Of a stretch of 64,000 nucleotides of DNA, positions 26,941-39,319 are shown piece by piece. Under the pieces are notes generated by a model, which did no database searches, was not told the DNA's origin, and saw nothing but the letters and a program-made list of their open reading frames with translations. This DNA is from Pseudomonadota bacterium (GTDB lineage Bacteria; Pseudomonadota; Alphaproteobacteria; Caulobacterales; Parvularculaceae), in the NCBI GenBank assembly GCA_039822105.1, contig JBCBMW010000004.1, positions 55,418 to 119,417 of the forward strand, read 5' to 3'. Each line of letters starts with the position of its first letter. Positions within the stretch are counted from its first letter, which is position 1. The translations under genes and the position numbers were made by a program.

Positions 26941-26983
26941 TATACAATCAATTGTACAATAAGCTGTATAATGGAAATGTCAA
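26941..26983 (-). promoter_or_regulatory. Sigma70-type promoter with overlapping palindromic operator for marR-CPBP
   Basis: Minus strand TTGACA (26983-26978)-N16-TATTGT (26961-26956). Co-centred palindrome TATACA-N4-ATTGTACAAT-N4-TGTATA (26941-26970). Confidence 0.7.
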
Positions 26984-27024
26984 GATTTCAAAAGTGGCTG
27001 GATTTCAGGTTGTTGGGGACGGCA

Positions 27025-27051
27025 GGAGGCGAGGCCGCGCGGCTCGCCTCC
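27025..27051. terminator. GC-rich hairpin downstream of mscS (possible terminator or stabiliser)
   Basis: GGAGGCGAG...CTCGCCTCC 9-bp stem. No U-tract on the minus strand. Confidence 0.4.
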
Positions 27052-27064
27052 CGCGATCTCGCGC

Positions 27065-27937
27065 TTAGCCAGCCTTTTGGTACAGGGTCTGGGTTGGGTA
27101 AGGGATCGACACGCCGTCGCTGTCAAACCGCTCTTTGAACGCTTTGGTGAGGTCGAATTTGAGGCCCCAATAGTCACCGCTCGCGCACCAAACACGAACA
27201 ATGATGTCCACGGAGCTATCGCCGAGATTGCCCACAACGATTTGTGGTTCCGGATCAGAATGGGCGCGCGCATCTGCTGCGATCACAGCTTTCAGCGAAT
27301 CCATCGCTTTGTTGATGTCGTCCTCATAGGAAATGCCCATCACGAAATCGACGCGGCGTGTTGAGTTCGCCGAGAAGTTGGTGATGGCACCGCTATAGAT
27401 ATCGCCGTTAGGAACGATGATCCGCACATTGTCCGGCGTGTTCATGATGGTGGTGAAGAGGTTGACCTCCTCCACTGTACCGGACTGACCACCGGCATTG
27501 ATAAAGTCACCGATCTTGAACGGACGGAAGGCCAAGAGCAGCACGCCGGAAGCCACATGGCCCAGCGTTCCCTGCAACGCGAGACCAACAGCCAAGCCAG
27601 CCGCACCGATAAGCGCTGCAAGGCCTGTCGTCTGAATACCGAACATCGACAGAACGGCGATAACGACAAACGCAACAATGATGTAGTAGACGATGCTGCC
27701 GAAGAACCGGGCGAGCATCAGGTCGAGATTGGGCGCTTTCTGAACGGTGTTGACCGTCAGTTTTTTGAGCCGACCGGCAATCCACATGCCGATGACCAGA
27801 ACGAGCAGCGCACTGACGGCTTGCACGCCCCAGCCCACGGCTGTTTCCGTCAAACGCGACAGCGTCTCGGGTTGTATCAATTGTTCGACACGCGCCTGGG
27901 CATCGGCGATGTCGGTGGGTAGTGTAGGCTCCTGCAT
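27065..27937 (-). CDS. mscS: Small-conductance mechanosensitive channel MscS
   Basis: AALIGAAGLAVGLALQGTLGHVASG, RPFKIGDFI, DNVRIIVPNG, IPYPTQ. ATG 27937. Confidence 0.94.
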   Translation of the reverse strand: MQEPTLPTDIADAQARVEQLIQPETLSRLTETAVGWGVQAVSALLVLVIGMWIAGRLKKLTVNTVQKAPNLDLMLARFFGSIVYYIIVAFVVIAVLSMFGIQTTGLAALIGAAGLAVGLALQGTLGHVASGVLLLAFRPFKIGDFINAGGQSGTVEEVNLFTTIMNTPDNVRIIVPNGDIYSGAITNFSANSTRRVDFVMGISYEDDINKAMDSLKAVIAADARAHSDPEPQIVVGNLGDSSVDIIVRVWCASGDYWGLKFDLTKAFKERFDSDGVSIPYPTQTLYQKAG

Positions 27938-28099
27938 AGTCTTCCCCTTGCCATTTAATCGATTTTGCCTGTTGCAGTTTTCCAGGGCCGTCAAGAATTT
28001 AGGACAGAAGACGAATTGTAGGTCCTGTTAGCGGTTCTTGGCCCTTCACATCACCGGCGTGAGCGGCAAAGGAACAACGCCGCCTGAGGGAGATACGCC

Positions 28100-29308
28100 G
28101 TGGCCAGCCTGACCATTTCCAACGCGCTCGCCAGCATCGCGCCGTCGCCAACAATTGCGATCAGCCAGAAGGCGCGAGACCTCAAGGCGCAAGGCAAAGA
28201 CGTCTTGGCTCTTGCGGCAGGTGAGCCTGATTTTCCGACACCGGAGCATGTCTGCGATGCCGCGATCGAGGCGATCCGGCGGGGCGAGACGGGCTACACG
28301 GCGGTCGACGGTATACCCGAGCTGAAAGAAGCGGTGGCGGCCAAGTTTGAGCGGGACAACGGGCTGACCTACGATCCCTCCACGGAAGTGACGGTGACGT
28401 CTGGCGGGAAGTTCCTTGTCTACGCGGCCCTCATGGCGACCCTCAATCCTGGCGATGAAGTCGTGGTCCCGGCACCATACTGGGTGAGCTACCCTGGCAT
28501 CGTGAAGCTGTTCGGCGGCACGCCGGTGGTCGCCAAGACGACGGAGGCTGACGGTTTCAAGTTGACGCCGGAGGCCCTGGAAGCGGCCATCACGCCCAAG
28601 ACACGCTGGCTGATCCTGAACTCCCCTGGCAACCCGACGGGAGCAGTGTTGGAGGAAGAGGACCTCAAAGCGCTCGGTGAGGTGCTAAAGCGGCATCCGC
28701 ATGTCTGGGTGTTCTCTGACGATATCTATGAGCACGTGGTTTACGGAGCAAAGTTCCAAACGATGGCCGCAGCGGTGCCGGAGCTTAAAGACCGAACCCT
28801 GACAATGAATGGTGCGTCGAAGGTCTACTCCATGACGGGCTGGCGGATCGGTTTCGGGGGAGGCCCGGCAGAATTGATGACAGCGATCCGCAAGCTTCTT
28901 GGTCAATCCACCACCAATCCTTCATCCATCAGTCAGTGGGCAGTCGTTGCCGCGCTCAACGGCGATCACGGTTTCCTAGCTGAGCGGAACGAGGCCTTCC
29001 GTGCCCGGCGTGATCATCTGCTTGATGTCTTCGCCGCGACGCCGGGCCTGACCTGCGCAAAGCCGGAGGGCGCGTTCTACCTCTATCCGGGATGCGCTGA
29101 GCTCATTGGCGGGACGATCGGCGGCAAGGTGCTGGAGACGGACCTCGACGTCGCGGAGGCGCTGCTTGAGGAAGAGCTTGTGGCGCTTGTTCCTGGCACG
29201 GCCTTCGGAATGGGTCCGTTCCTTCGGCTCTCCTATGCGGTGGACATGGCGACGATTGAGGAGGCGGGTCGCCGGATCAGCCGTTTTGCCAGCAAGGTCG
29301 AGCGCTAG
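28100..29308 (+). CDS. PLP-dependent class I aminotransferase (aspartate aminotransferase-like)
   Basis: AGEPDFPTP, PAPYWVSY, LNSPGNPTGAV, SDDIYEH, NGASKVYSMTGWRIG. Confidence 0.93.
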   Translation: MASLTISNALASIAPSPTIAISQKARDLKAQGKDVLALAAGEPDFPTPEHVCDAAIEAIRRGETGYTAVDGIPELKEAVAAKFERDNGLTYDPSTEVTVTSGGKFLVYAALMATLNPGDEVVVPAPYWVSYPGIVKLFGGTPVVAKTTEADGFKLTPEALEAAITPKTRWLILNSPGNPTGAVLEEEDLKALGEVLKRHPHVWVFSDDIYEHVVYGAKFQTMAAAVPELKDRTLTMNGASKVYSMTGWRIGFGGGPAELMTAIRKLLGQSTTNPSSISQWAVVAALNGDHGFLAERNEAFRARRDHLLDVFAATPGLTCAKPEGAFYLYPGCAELIGGTIGGKVLETDLDVAEALLEEELVALVPGTAFGMGPFLRLSYAVDMATIEEAGRRISRFASKVER

Positions 29309-29417
29309 CTGCGCATCGGCTTTTTCGATGGAAAATATCTGAAGCATTCGTTTTTCCAAATGCCTCAGCCACCCTACATGCGTTCTCGACGATGATTTCT
29401 GGAAGGGAGATTTTCCA

Positions 29418-29867
29418 ATGTCCGACAACAACAAAACCGTTGATGCCCTGAAACGCGTTCTTGGTGACACCTATGCTCTTTATCTCAAGACGCATGGCTA
29501 CCACTGGAATGTGGAGGGGCCCAACTTCCGCTCGCTTCACGCTCTTTTTGAAGAGAACTACCAGGCCCTGTGGGAAAGCATGGACGATATCGCCGAACGC
29601 ATCCGCGCGCTCGGTGCTTACGCCCCAGCTGGCGGCACGCAGCTCTCTGAGCTCGCTAGCATCGATTCGGGTGACAACGATGTCCCAAGCGCCAACGCCA
29701 TGATCCAGAACCTGGTGGCTGGTCACGAAGCATTTCTTGTGACGGCACGCGCAGCGATGGACGTGGCTGATGATGCTGACGATATCGCCACGGAAGACCT
29801 GCTCTCGCCGCTGATTGCGGCGCATGAGAAGATGGCTTGGATGCTGCGCGCCAGCCTCGAGCGCTAA
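29418..29867 (+). CDS. dps: Dps family DNA starvation/stationary phase protection protein
   Basis: LYLKTHGYHWNVEGPNFRSLHALFEE...DDIAERIRALG, HEKMAWMLRA. Confidence 0.96.
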   Translation: MSDNNKTVDALKRVLGDTYALYLKTHGYHWNVEGPNFRSLHALFEENYQALWESMDDIAERIRALGAYAPAGGTQLSELASIDSGDNDVPSANAMIQNLVAGHEAFLVTARAAMDVADDADDIATEDLLSPLIAAHEKMAWMLRASLER

Positions 29868-29934
29868 ACTTCTCCGGTTCCGCGCTGCAGCTCTGGTTGC
29901 GGCGCGGCAACGCGCGTTCTATGGCGCGTCGACT

Positions 29935-32139
29935 ATGCCGGACCTTTTGATCGAGCTTTTCTCCGAGGAAATCCCTGCGCGCCTTCAGGCCAAGGCCGCG
30001 GGCGATTTTGCGCGTCTGATGACCGCGAAGTTGAAAGAGGCGGGTCTCGAAGGCGAAGGGTCGGAAAGCTTCTACGGACCGCGCCGGTTGGCGTTGTCGA
30101 TGACGCGTCTGCCCGAGCGCTCCCCCGATGTGAGCGAGGAGCGCAAAGGCCCCCGCGTCGGTGCGCCGGAGAAGGCGCTCGAAGGCTTCTTGCGCGCCGC
30201 TGGCCTCAGCGACATCTCAGAAGCCGAAATCCGCGACGACAAGAAGGGTCAATTCTACGTCGCTCGGATCGAAACCTCGGGCCGCGCTGCTGGCGAAGTG
30301 ATCGCCGATGCGCTCAAGGCCACGATCGACGATTTTCCTTGGCCTAAGTCCCAACGTTGGGGCGATGGCGATCTCAAATGGGTGCGCCCGCTGCGCCGTG
30401 TCCTGATCAGTTTTGGCGGCGAGCCCGTGCCCTTCCGATTGGAAAACGGCTCCCAGGTGATCGAGGCAGGACTTCTCACCGAAGGCCACCGTATCCTCAG
30501 CGAGGGGACGATCGAAGCATCGAGCCTTGCAAGCTATGAAGAGGGCTTGAAAGCTGGGTCCGTTGTCCTTCTCGGTGAAGAGCGCGCGTCCCGCATTCTT
30601 GACGGTGCCAAGGCCATTTGCGCTGACGCGGGCCTAGAGCTGGTCGAAGACGAGGGCCTCCTCCGTGAGGTGACAGGTCTCGCCGAGTGGCCTGAAGCGA
30701 TCCTCGGCTCGTTTGATGAGAAGTTCCTGCAGCTGCCGGATGAAGTCATCACCGCGGCGATGCGCGGGCATCAGAAGTATTTCTCAGTGCGCGATCCCGA
30801 AACTGGCCGCCTGGCGCCCCGTTTTGTTGCGGTCGCGGATATTCCGGGCGGTGAGGGGATGCTCACTGGTTACGAACGTGTGCTGACGGCCCGGTTGTCG
30901 GACGCGTTGTTCCTCTATCAGACCGATCTCAAAAAACCGCTCGAGCAGCATGGCGAGAAGTTGAAGGGCGTGACCTTCTTCGAAGGCCTGGGCACGATCG
31001 CGGACAAGGTCGAGCGCGTTTCCACCCTCGCTGTCGCCCTTGCCGGCGCTTGCGGTGCCGACACACGGCAGGCGCAGATCGCAGCAGAGATCTGCAAGGC
31101 TGATCTGACCACGGACATGGTCTACGAGTTTCCTGAGCTGCAGGGCATAATGGGCCGCTATTATGCCCTTCACGAAGGCGTCGATCCTGGCATCGCCGAC
31201 GCGGTGCGTGATCACTACCTGCCCGCGGGTGTCGATGATGCGCTCCCTGCTGGGCCCCTTGGCCTCACCGTGAGCCTTGCCGACAAAATTGATACGCTTG
31301 CTGCCTTTTGGAGCATTGATCAAAAACCCACCGGCTCACGCGATCCGTTTGCCCTTCGCCGGGCCGCCCTGTCGGTGATCAAAGTCGTTCTCGACAAACA
31401 GCTCCGTGTGCCGCTTGAGCCACATCTTCAGCACGCGGTTTTTGCCGCGGCTGCGCTCAAACAACACCAGCCCATCGATATCGAGAAAGGCCCGCCCCAG
31501 CTCCAGGCCGTGGCCGCGATCATCGGCGAAGACCAGATCAAAAAGGTCATCGACAGCAGGCTGAAAGAAGAGCTGCCGGTGGTCACCCAGGCCTCGCTTG
31601 AGGCGGCGCAGCCAAAGGTCGTTGACCTCTTGGCCTTCTTCCATGATCGCTTGACGGTGTACTTCCGCGACCAGGGCTTCCGGCATGACCGCGTGTCGGC
31701 CGCGCTCACCCAAGGCGCCGACGATTTTGTGCTGATCGAGAAGAAGCTGAAGGCGCTCGACGGCTTCCTCGGCACCGACGACGGGCAAAATCTGACTGCT
31801 GCCTACAAGCGCGCAGCCAACATTCTGAAGGCTGAGGCGAAGAAAGGGGAGCTGCCGACAGGCGGCGTAAACCCTGATTTTCTTGCAGAAAACGAAGAAA
31901 AGGCCCTGCATTCTGCACTTCTCGACGCCGAACAGGGTGCGCATCAGCGCCTCGGTGACGAAGATTTTGCAAGTGCTATGCAAGAGTTGTCAGCCGTTCG
32001 GCCGGTGATCGACCGGTTTTTCGAGGCTGTGACGGTAAACGACGCAAACCCAGACCTGCGCGCCAACCGGTTGGCGCTGCTCTTGCGGTTTGTGGACGTG
32101 GTGAAATTGGTTGCCGATTTCGATCGGCTAGAGGGATAA
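29935..32139 (+). CDS. glyS: Glycine--tRNA ligase beta subunit
   Basis: MPDLLIELFSEEIPA, GPRRLA, WVRPLR, LVYEFPELQGIMG-type motif, TGSRDPFALRRAA, RANRLALL. ATG 29935. Confidence 0.97.
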   Translation: MPDLLIELFSEEIPARLQAKAAGDFARLMTAKLKEAGLEGEGSESFYGPRRLALSMTRLPERSPDVSEERKGPRVGAPEKALEGFLRAAGLSDISEAEIRDDKKGQFYVARIETSGRAAGEVIADALKATIDDFPWPKSQRWGDGDLKWVRPLRRVLISFGGEPVPFRLENGSQVIEAGLLTEGHRILSEGTIEASSLASYEEGLKAGSVVLLGEERASRILDGAKAICADAGLELVEDEGLLREVTGLAEWPEAILGSFDEKFLQLPDEVITAAMRGHQKYFSVRDPETGRLAPRFVAVADIPGGEGMLTGYERVLTARLSDALFLYQTDLKKPLEQHGEKLKGVTFFEGLGTIADKVERVSTLAVALAGACGADTRQAQIAAEICKADLTTDMVYEFPELQGIMGRYYALHEGVDPGIADAVRDHYLPAGVDDALPAGPLGLTVSLADKIDTLAAFWSIDQKPTGSRDPFALRRAALSVIKVVLDKQLRVPLEPHLQHAVFAAAALKQHQPIDIEKGPPQLQAVAAIIGEDQIKKVIDSRLKEELPVVTQASLEAAQPKVVDLLAFFHDRLTVYFRDQGFRHDRVSAALTQGADDFVLIEKKLKALDGFLGTDDGQNLTAAYKRAANILKAEAKKGELPTGGVNPDFLAENEEKALHSALLDAEQGAHQRLGDEDFASAMQELSAVRPVIDRFFEAVTVNDANPDLRANRLALLLRFVDVVKLVADFDRLEG

Positions 32140-32155
32140 GACGGGAACTCAATTA

Positions 32156-34849
<2,694 letters not shown>

Positions 34850-34956
34850 CGGCTGCTTTTTGCTGCACTGCAGCACTTGTGCGGAGCCCGACTCCGCACA
34901 ACATCTCATCGTAACCAAGTTGTCGTAGAACGCGGCTCCTCCACCAAGGTAGGCCA

Positions 34957-35745
34957 GTGAGAACACTGACAGGAAGAACAGCTGACGAGGTCCGGAACGG
35001 ACTGATCCTCACCGCGTTTTTGCTCGCGGTGGGTGCGCTGTTCATCACGATGGTGCGGACCTCCCAAATGATTGAGACGGCTGCGGCCGAACCTGAGCTG
35101 GCCGCTGAGGTTGTTGAGGTTGAGCCCGAAGAACCTGCGCCGAGTGTGGAAGTGCGGGTGGTGAGCGCGGTTGAAGTGCTCATGGCCGGTGGTTTTGACG
35201 GCAACGCTGTCGCTCGAGACCTGATCCTTGCTGGTATTCCGGCTCACGCCTTCGCCATTCCGGCCGCAGTCTTCGATCAGCCTTTCGACGAGTTCGAAGC
35301 TGACGAGCACGCATGTCTCAGCCAAGCGATCTATTTCGAGGCGCGGAACCAGTCGGTTCTGGGTCAGATCGCCGTTGCTGACGTGATCCTCAACCGGGTC
35401 GATCACGGCCGCTTCCCGGACACAGTTTGCGGCGTGGTGTTCCAAGGTGAAGAGCGTCGTCACCGCTGCCAGTTCAGCTTTGCCTGCGATGGGGTGCCGG
35501 AGACGGCGCACGAGAAAGACGCCTGGGCGAAGTCAGAGGCGCTGGCTGATCTCATTATGCGCGGGTTCCGGCCGCCGCTAACGCGCTATGCCACGTTCTA
35601 CCATGCTGAGTATGTCTCGCCGGGTTGGGCGAAGGCGTTCGTTGAGACCACCGTCATCGGCGATCACATCTTCTACCGCTACCAGGACGCACTGCGCATC
35701 GCGGCGCAAGAGATCGAAGCCGCGCCGGCTGCATCAAGCCTCTAA
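34957..35745 (+). CDS. Cell wall hydrolase, SleB/Hydrolase_2 family
   Basis: N-terminal TM, CLSQAIYFEARNQS, VILNRV, TVCGVVFQ, CQFSFACDG, FYHAEYV.P.WA, IGDHIFY. Confidence 0.92.
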   Translation: MRTLTGRTADEVRNGLILTAFLLAVGALFITMVRTSQMIETAAAEPELAAEVVEVEPEEPAPSVEVRVVSAVEVLMAGGFDGNAVARDLILAGIPAHAFAIPAAVFDQPFDEFEADEHACLSQAIYFEARNQSVLGQIAVADVILNRVDHGRFPDTVCGVVFQGEERRHRCQFSFACDGVPETAHEKDAWAKSEALADLIMRGFRPPLTRYATFYHAEYVSPGWAKAFVETTVIGDHIFYRYQDALRIAAQEIEAAPAASSL

Positions 35746-36590
35746 AGGCTGAGCTCCATCCCGATATCGATGGCTGTCACGGAGTGGGTCAGGGCGCCCA
35801 CGGATATGATGTCCACGCCCGTTTCTGCGATGGCGCGAATGGTGGACGCCGTGACGCCGCCTGATGCTTCCAGCACCGTTTGACCTTTGGCGAGAGCGAC
35901 TGCCCGGCTGAGGTCATCCGTCGTCATGTTATCGAGCAGCACGATATCAGGACGTAAGGGGAGGATGTCTTCGAGCTGCGAGATGGTGTCGACCTCCACC
36001 TCGATTTTCACTGTGTGCCCCGCATAGTGGCGAGCCTTCGTCATAGCCTCGGTGATCCCGCCAGCGGCGATGATGTGATTGTCCTTGATCATCACGGCAT
36101 CCGATAGGCTCATGCGGTGGGTCATGCCCCCGCCGCAGCGCACGGCGTGCTTTTGGAGGAGCCGAAGACCAGGAAGCGTCTTTCGGGTTGCTGCGAGATG
36201 AGCGCCTGTCCCGTCGATCAATTGAACAAGCGCCGCTGTCGCCGAGGCGATCCCTGTCATATGGCTTAAGATATTGAGCGCTGTGCGCTCGGCGGTGAGG
36301 AGGGCCTGCGCCGGTCCTGTTGCCGTCAGCAACGTGCCGCCGGGCGCGATAGCCTCTCCGTCGGCGGCCTGGGTCTGAACAGAAATCTGATCACTGACGG
36401 TTGTGAAGACGAGCGCGGCGACGTCTATCCCGGCGAGGGTACCGTGCTGGCGTGTGTTGAGCTGTGCCGTCGCCAAGCGGTCAGCTGGAACGGTGGCGAG
36501 CGTTGTGAGGTCGCCGCCCTGGCTCACATCCTCTTCAAGCGCACGGAGGATCAGGGGTTTGAGGAGGTCGGCGGGAACGGGAAGGGTCAC
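35742..36590 (-). CDS. nadC: Nicotinate-nucleotide pyrophosphorylase (carboxylating)
   Basis: ATRKTLPGLR, HRMSLSDAVMIKDNHI, EVEVDT, LLDNM, EASGG. GTG start overlaps the nadB stop. Confidence 0.96.
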   Translation of the reverse strand: MTLPVPADLLKPLILRALEEDVSQGGDLTTLATVPADRLATAQLNTRQHGTLAGIDVAALVFTTVSDQISVQTQAADGEAIAPGGTLLTATGPAQALLTAERTALNILSHMTGIASATAALVQLIDGTGAHLAATRKTLPGLRLLQKHAVRCGGGMTHRMSLSDAVMIKDNHIIAAGGITEAMTKARHYAGHTVKIEVEVDTISQLEDILPLRPDIVLLDNMTTDDLSRAVALAKGQTVLEASGGVTASTIRAIAETGVDIISVGALTHSVTAIDIGMELSL

Positions 36591-38125
36591 GATGGCCTCT
36601 CTTTGAATGCGATATGCCACCCGGTGTTCGTTAGGCGGGCCTCACTGTGGCACGGCCTATCAGTGTTAGGATGATCGATCCGCTGATGCGCGCCGCGGCT
36701 TTCTGCGCGCGCGAGGGCCGAGTGGACGACGCCTCCGGCAGCAACCAGAGCCAACCGCTCACTGACGGTCCTGGGTTCCTGCGCGTCGATGAATATGAGC
36801 AGGTCTTCAAGGCCCTGTTGAGACCGCAGCAGCCCGGCTTCTCCGGCCATCCGGCGCCTGAGATCTTTAAGGTCTCGCGCCGGTTTGTGGGACAGGGTCG
36901 GGGGGGAGATGTCCAACGGTGCGTCTCCTCCTGGGCCGGCGTCAGTCTTCACCCGCTCTGCCGCTCGCTCGCCAAACACGAGCGCTTCGAGGAGCGAGTT
37001 GGAGGCAAGCCGGTTCGCTCCGTGCACGCCTGTGCTCGCGCACTCACCGACGGCGTAAAGGCCAGGAACGTCGGTCTCGCCGTCCAGCCCTGTCTTGATG
37101 CCGCCCATGTGGTAGTGGGCGGCGGGGGCGATGGGGATCAAATCCGTTTCGGGATCAATTCCCGCATCGCGGCATGCGGCGTCCACGGTCAAAAAGCGTT
37201 CCGGGAAACGCGCGCCGAGGGCTCCGCGCACGTCAAGGAACGCGCCGCCGGTGTCTGCAATCGCTTGCGCAACGCCGCGTGCCACCACATCGCGCGGCGC
37301 CAGCTCCGCGTCGGTGTGGAGCGCTGCCATGAAGCGATGGCCGTCTTGATCAACCAACTGGCCGCCTTCGCCTCTGATGGCTTCAGTGGCCAAGGGCGCA
37401 GGGTCTCGGCCGACATCAAGGCCGGTGGGGTGGAACTGAACGAACTCAAGGTCCCGCAAGGTGGCGCCGGCCTCCGCTGCCAAAGCGAGCGCGTGGCCTT
37501 GCCCGTAGAGCGGGTTGGTGGTGACCGCGTAGAGGCCGCCGAGACCGCCCGCGGCCAGGATCACGGTGTCCGCTGAGAGCACGACGTTGCGTTGGCTTGC
37601 GACATCCCAGATCAGAAGACCGCATACGCCTTTTTCGGCGGCGAGGACCTGCTCCGCCACGGTCCGCTCACGGATCTCAATATGGTCAGCCGCTCGCGCC
37701 GCGGCGATCAGAGAGCGAATGATCGCAGCGCCCGCTTCGTCGCCGCCCACATGGACAATCCTATCCCGGCCATGGGCTGCTTCACGGCCGAGGCGAAACG
37801 CTCCCGCCTCATCGCGGTCAAAGGGAACACCGAGTGCGGCGAGATCATCCACAGCCGCGGGGCCGCTTTCGCAAAGAACGTCGACGGCGAGAGGGTCACA
37901 CAGTCCTGCGCCCGCCGCGACCGTATCCTCCGCATGAAGACGAGGGTGATCATTGGGGCCGATAGCTGCCGCAAGCCCGCCTTGCGCCCAGGATGAGCTG
38001 CCATCACCGAGATGTCCGGCGGTGATCACCGTGACGGGGTGGGGCGCCAGCTTCAGCGCTGTCCAAAGACCCGCTAGCCCCGCGCCGACCACCACCACGC
38101 CCCCTTGGGCACGGTCCAGGTCCAT
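36587..38125 (-). CDS. nadB: L-aspartate oxidase
   Basis: VVGAGLAG, SSWAQGG, EAAHGRDRI, EFVQFHPT, TEAIRGEG, AAHYHMGG, HGANRLASNSLLE. Confidence 0.96.
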   Translation of the reverse strand: MDLDRAQGGVVVVGAGLAGLWTALKLAPHPVTVITAGHLGDGSSSWAQGGLAAAIGPNDHPRLHAEDTVAAGAGLCDPLAVDVLCESGPAAVDDLAALGVPFDRDEAGAFRLGREAAHGRDRIVHVGGDEAGAAIIRSLIAAARAADHIEIRERTVAEQVLAAEKGVCGLLIWDVASQRNVVLSADTVILAAGGLGGLYAVTTNPLYGQGHALALAAEAGATLRDLEFVQFHPTGLDVGRDPAPLATEAIRGEGGQLVDQDGHRFMAALHTDAELAPRDVVARGVAQAIADTGGAFLDVRGALGARFPERFLTVDAACRDAGIDPETDLIPIAPAAHYHMGGIKTGLDGETDVPGLYAVGECASTGVHGANRLASNSLLEALVFGERAAERVKTDAGPGGDAPLDISPPTLSHKPARDLKDLRRRMAGEAGLLRSQQGLEDLLIFIDAQEPRTVSERLALVAAGGVVHSALARAESRGAHQRIDHPNTDRPCHSEARLTNTGWHIAFKERPS

Positions 38126-38130
38126 TGGCG

Positions 38131-39222
38131 TTAGCGGTGCTCGACCGAGATCACGTCACCGCCATGGCCGGTGTCGAAAGCAGCGGGGGTTGATGGGCTG
38201 GGAAGCGCCACCATCCGCTCGACAGCCTCGCGCGCTCGGGCAGCGATCACAGGATCGACCTCAACCTCATGGGTCATGGTCTCCAGCGCCTCGAGGATGC
38301 CCTCAAGCGTGATCTGCTTCATATGCGGGCAAAGGTTGCAGGGCCGCACAAAGTCAACGCCGGGGTTCTCGAGCGCCACATTGTCCGACATCGAACATTC
38401 GGTGATGAGCACGACTTGGCGAGGCTGCTTCTCTTTCACATAACCCGACATGGCAGCCGTTGAGCCAGCATAGTCGGCTTCCGAAAGAACATCGGGTGGG
38501 CATTCTGGGTGGGCGAGCACGACGACGCCGGGGTTGCCGGCGCGCATCTCGCGAATGTCCTCGGCTGTGAACCGTTCGTGCACTTCGCAAGACCCGGCCC
38601 AGGTGATGACCTTTTTGTCGGTCATGCGCGCCACGTTCTTAGCCAGATATTGGTCAGGGATCAGAATAACCTGGTCGGTGCCGAACTCTTCGCAGATATG
38701 CTCGACCACCTGGACCGCGTTCGACGAGGTGCAGCAGATGTCGGTCTCGGCCTTCACGTCGGCTGTGGTGTTCACATAGGTGACCACGGGCACGCCGGGA
38801 TAGCGCTCTTTCAAGAGCCGCACATCGGCGCCGGTGATCGAAGAGGCGAGGGAGCATCCGGCCTCCATCGACGGGATCAGCACGGTTTTCTCTGGCGCAA
38901 GGATCTTCGAGGTCTCGGCCATGAAGTGCACGCCTGCCTGGACGATGATGTCAGCATCGGTTGCGGCAGCCTCCTTCGCGAGCTGTAGACTGTCGCCGCG
39001 AATATCGCCGACACAGGCGAAGATCTCTGGCGTCATGTAGTTATGCGCCAGGATCACCGCGTTTTTCTCGGCCTTGAGATCGTTGATGCGCGCGACCAGC
39101 GGCGCCATCTTTTCCCACTCAAAGCGCGGAATGCGCGCGGACACGCGGGCATAAAGATGCTCCGTCCGCTCGCGGATATCCGCTTGAGATGTTTCAGCAA
39201 ATTCGTTCCCGAAGGCAGCCAT
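38131..39222 (-). CDS. nadA: Quinolinate synthase
   Basis: [54 protein letters not shown] 39222. Confidence 0.97.
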   Translation of the reverse strand: MAAFGNEFAETSQADIRERTEHLYARVSARIPRFEWEKMAPLVARINDLKAEKNAVILAHNYMTPEIFACVGDIRGDSLQLAKEAAATDADIIVQAGVHFMAETSKILAPEKTVLIPSMEAGCSLASSITGADVRLLKERYPGVPVVTYVNTTADVKAETDICCTSSNAVQVVEHICEEFGTDQVILIPDQYLAKNVARMTDKKVITWAGSCEVHERFTAEDIREMRAGNPGVVVLAHPECPPDVLSEADYAGSTAAMSGYVKEKQPRQVVLITECSMSDNVALENPGVDFVRPCNLCPHMKQITLEGILEALETMTHEVEVDPVIAARAREAVERMVALPSPSTPAAFDTGHGGDVISVEHR

Positions 39223-39236
39223 TGTCCTGCTCCGAC

Positions 39237-39289
39237 TTTTGCTCAGGGGGAGTATATGAGGCGCGGACTTATGCTCGGCAAGAGTTTTT
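39237..39289. promoter_or_regulatory. Two tandem NadQ-like operator sites upstream of nadA
   Basis: TTTTGCTCAGGGGGAGTATAT (39237-39257) and TTATGCTCGGCAAGAGTTTTT (39269-39289) resemble the predicted NadQ palindrome ttATRCTCannnTGAGYATaa. Confidence 0.65.
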
Positions 39290-39319
39290 CTCAGCTTTAT
39301 CCACCATGCGGCAAGGCGT

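Noticed and set aside
29320-29375. Possible general-stress (EcfG/SigT) promoter before dps
   Set aside because: GGAAA...CGTT spacing is shorter than GGAAC-N16/17-CGTT and the -35 is imperfect.
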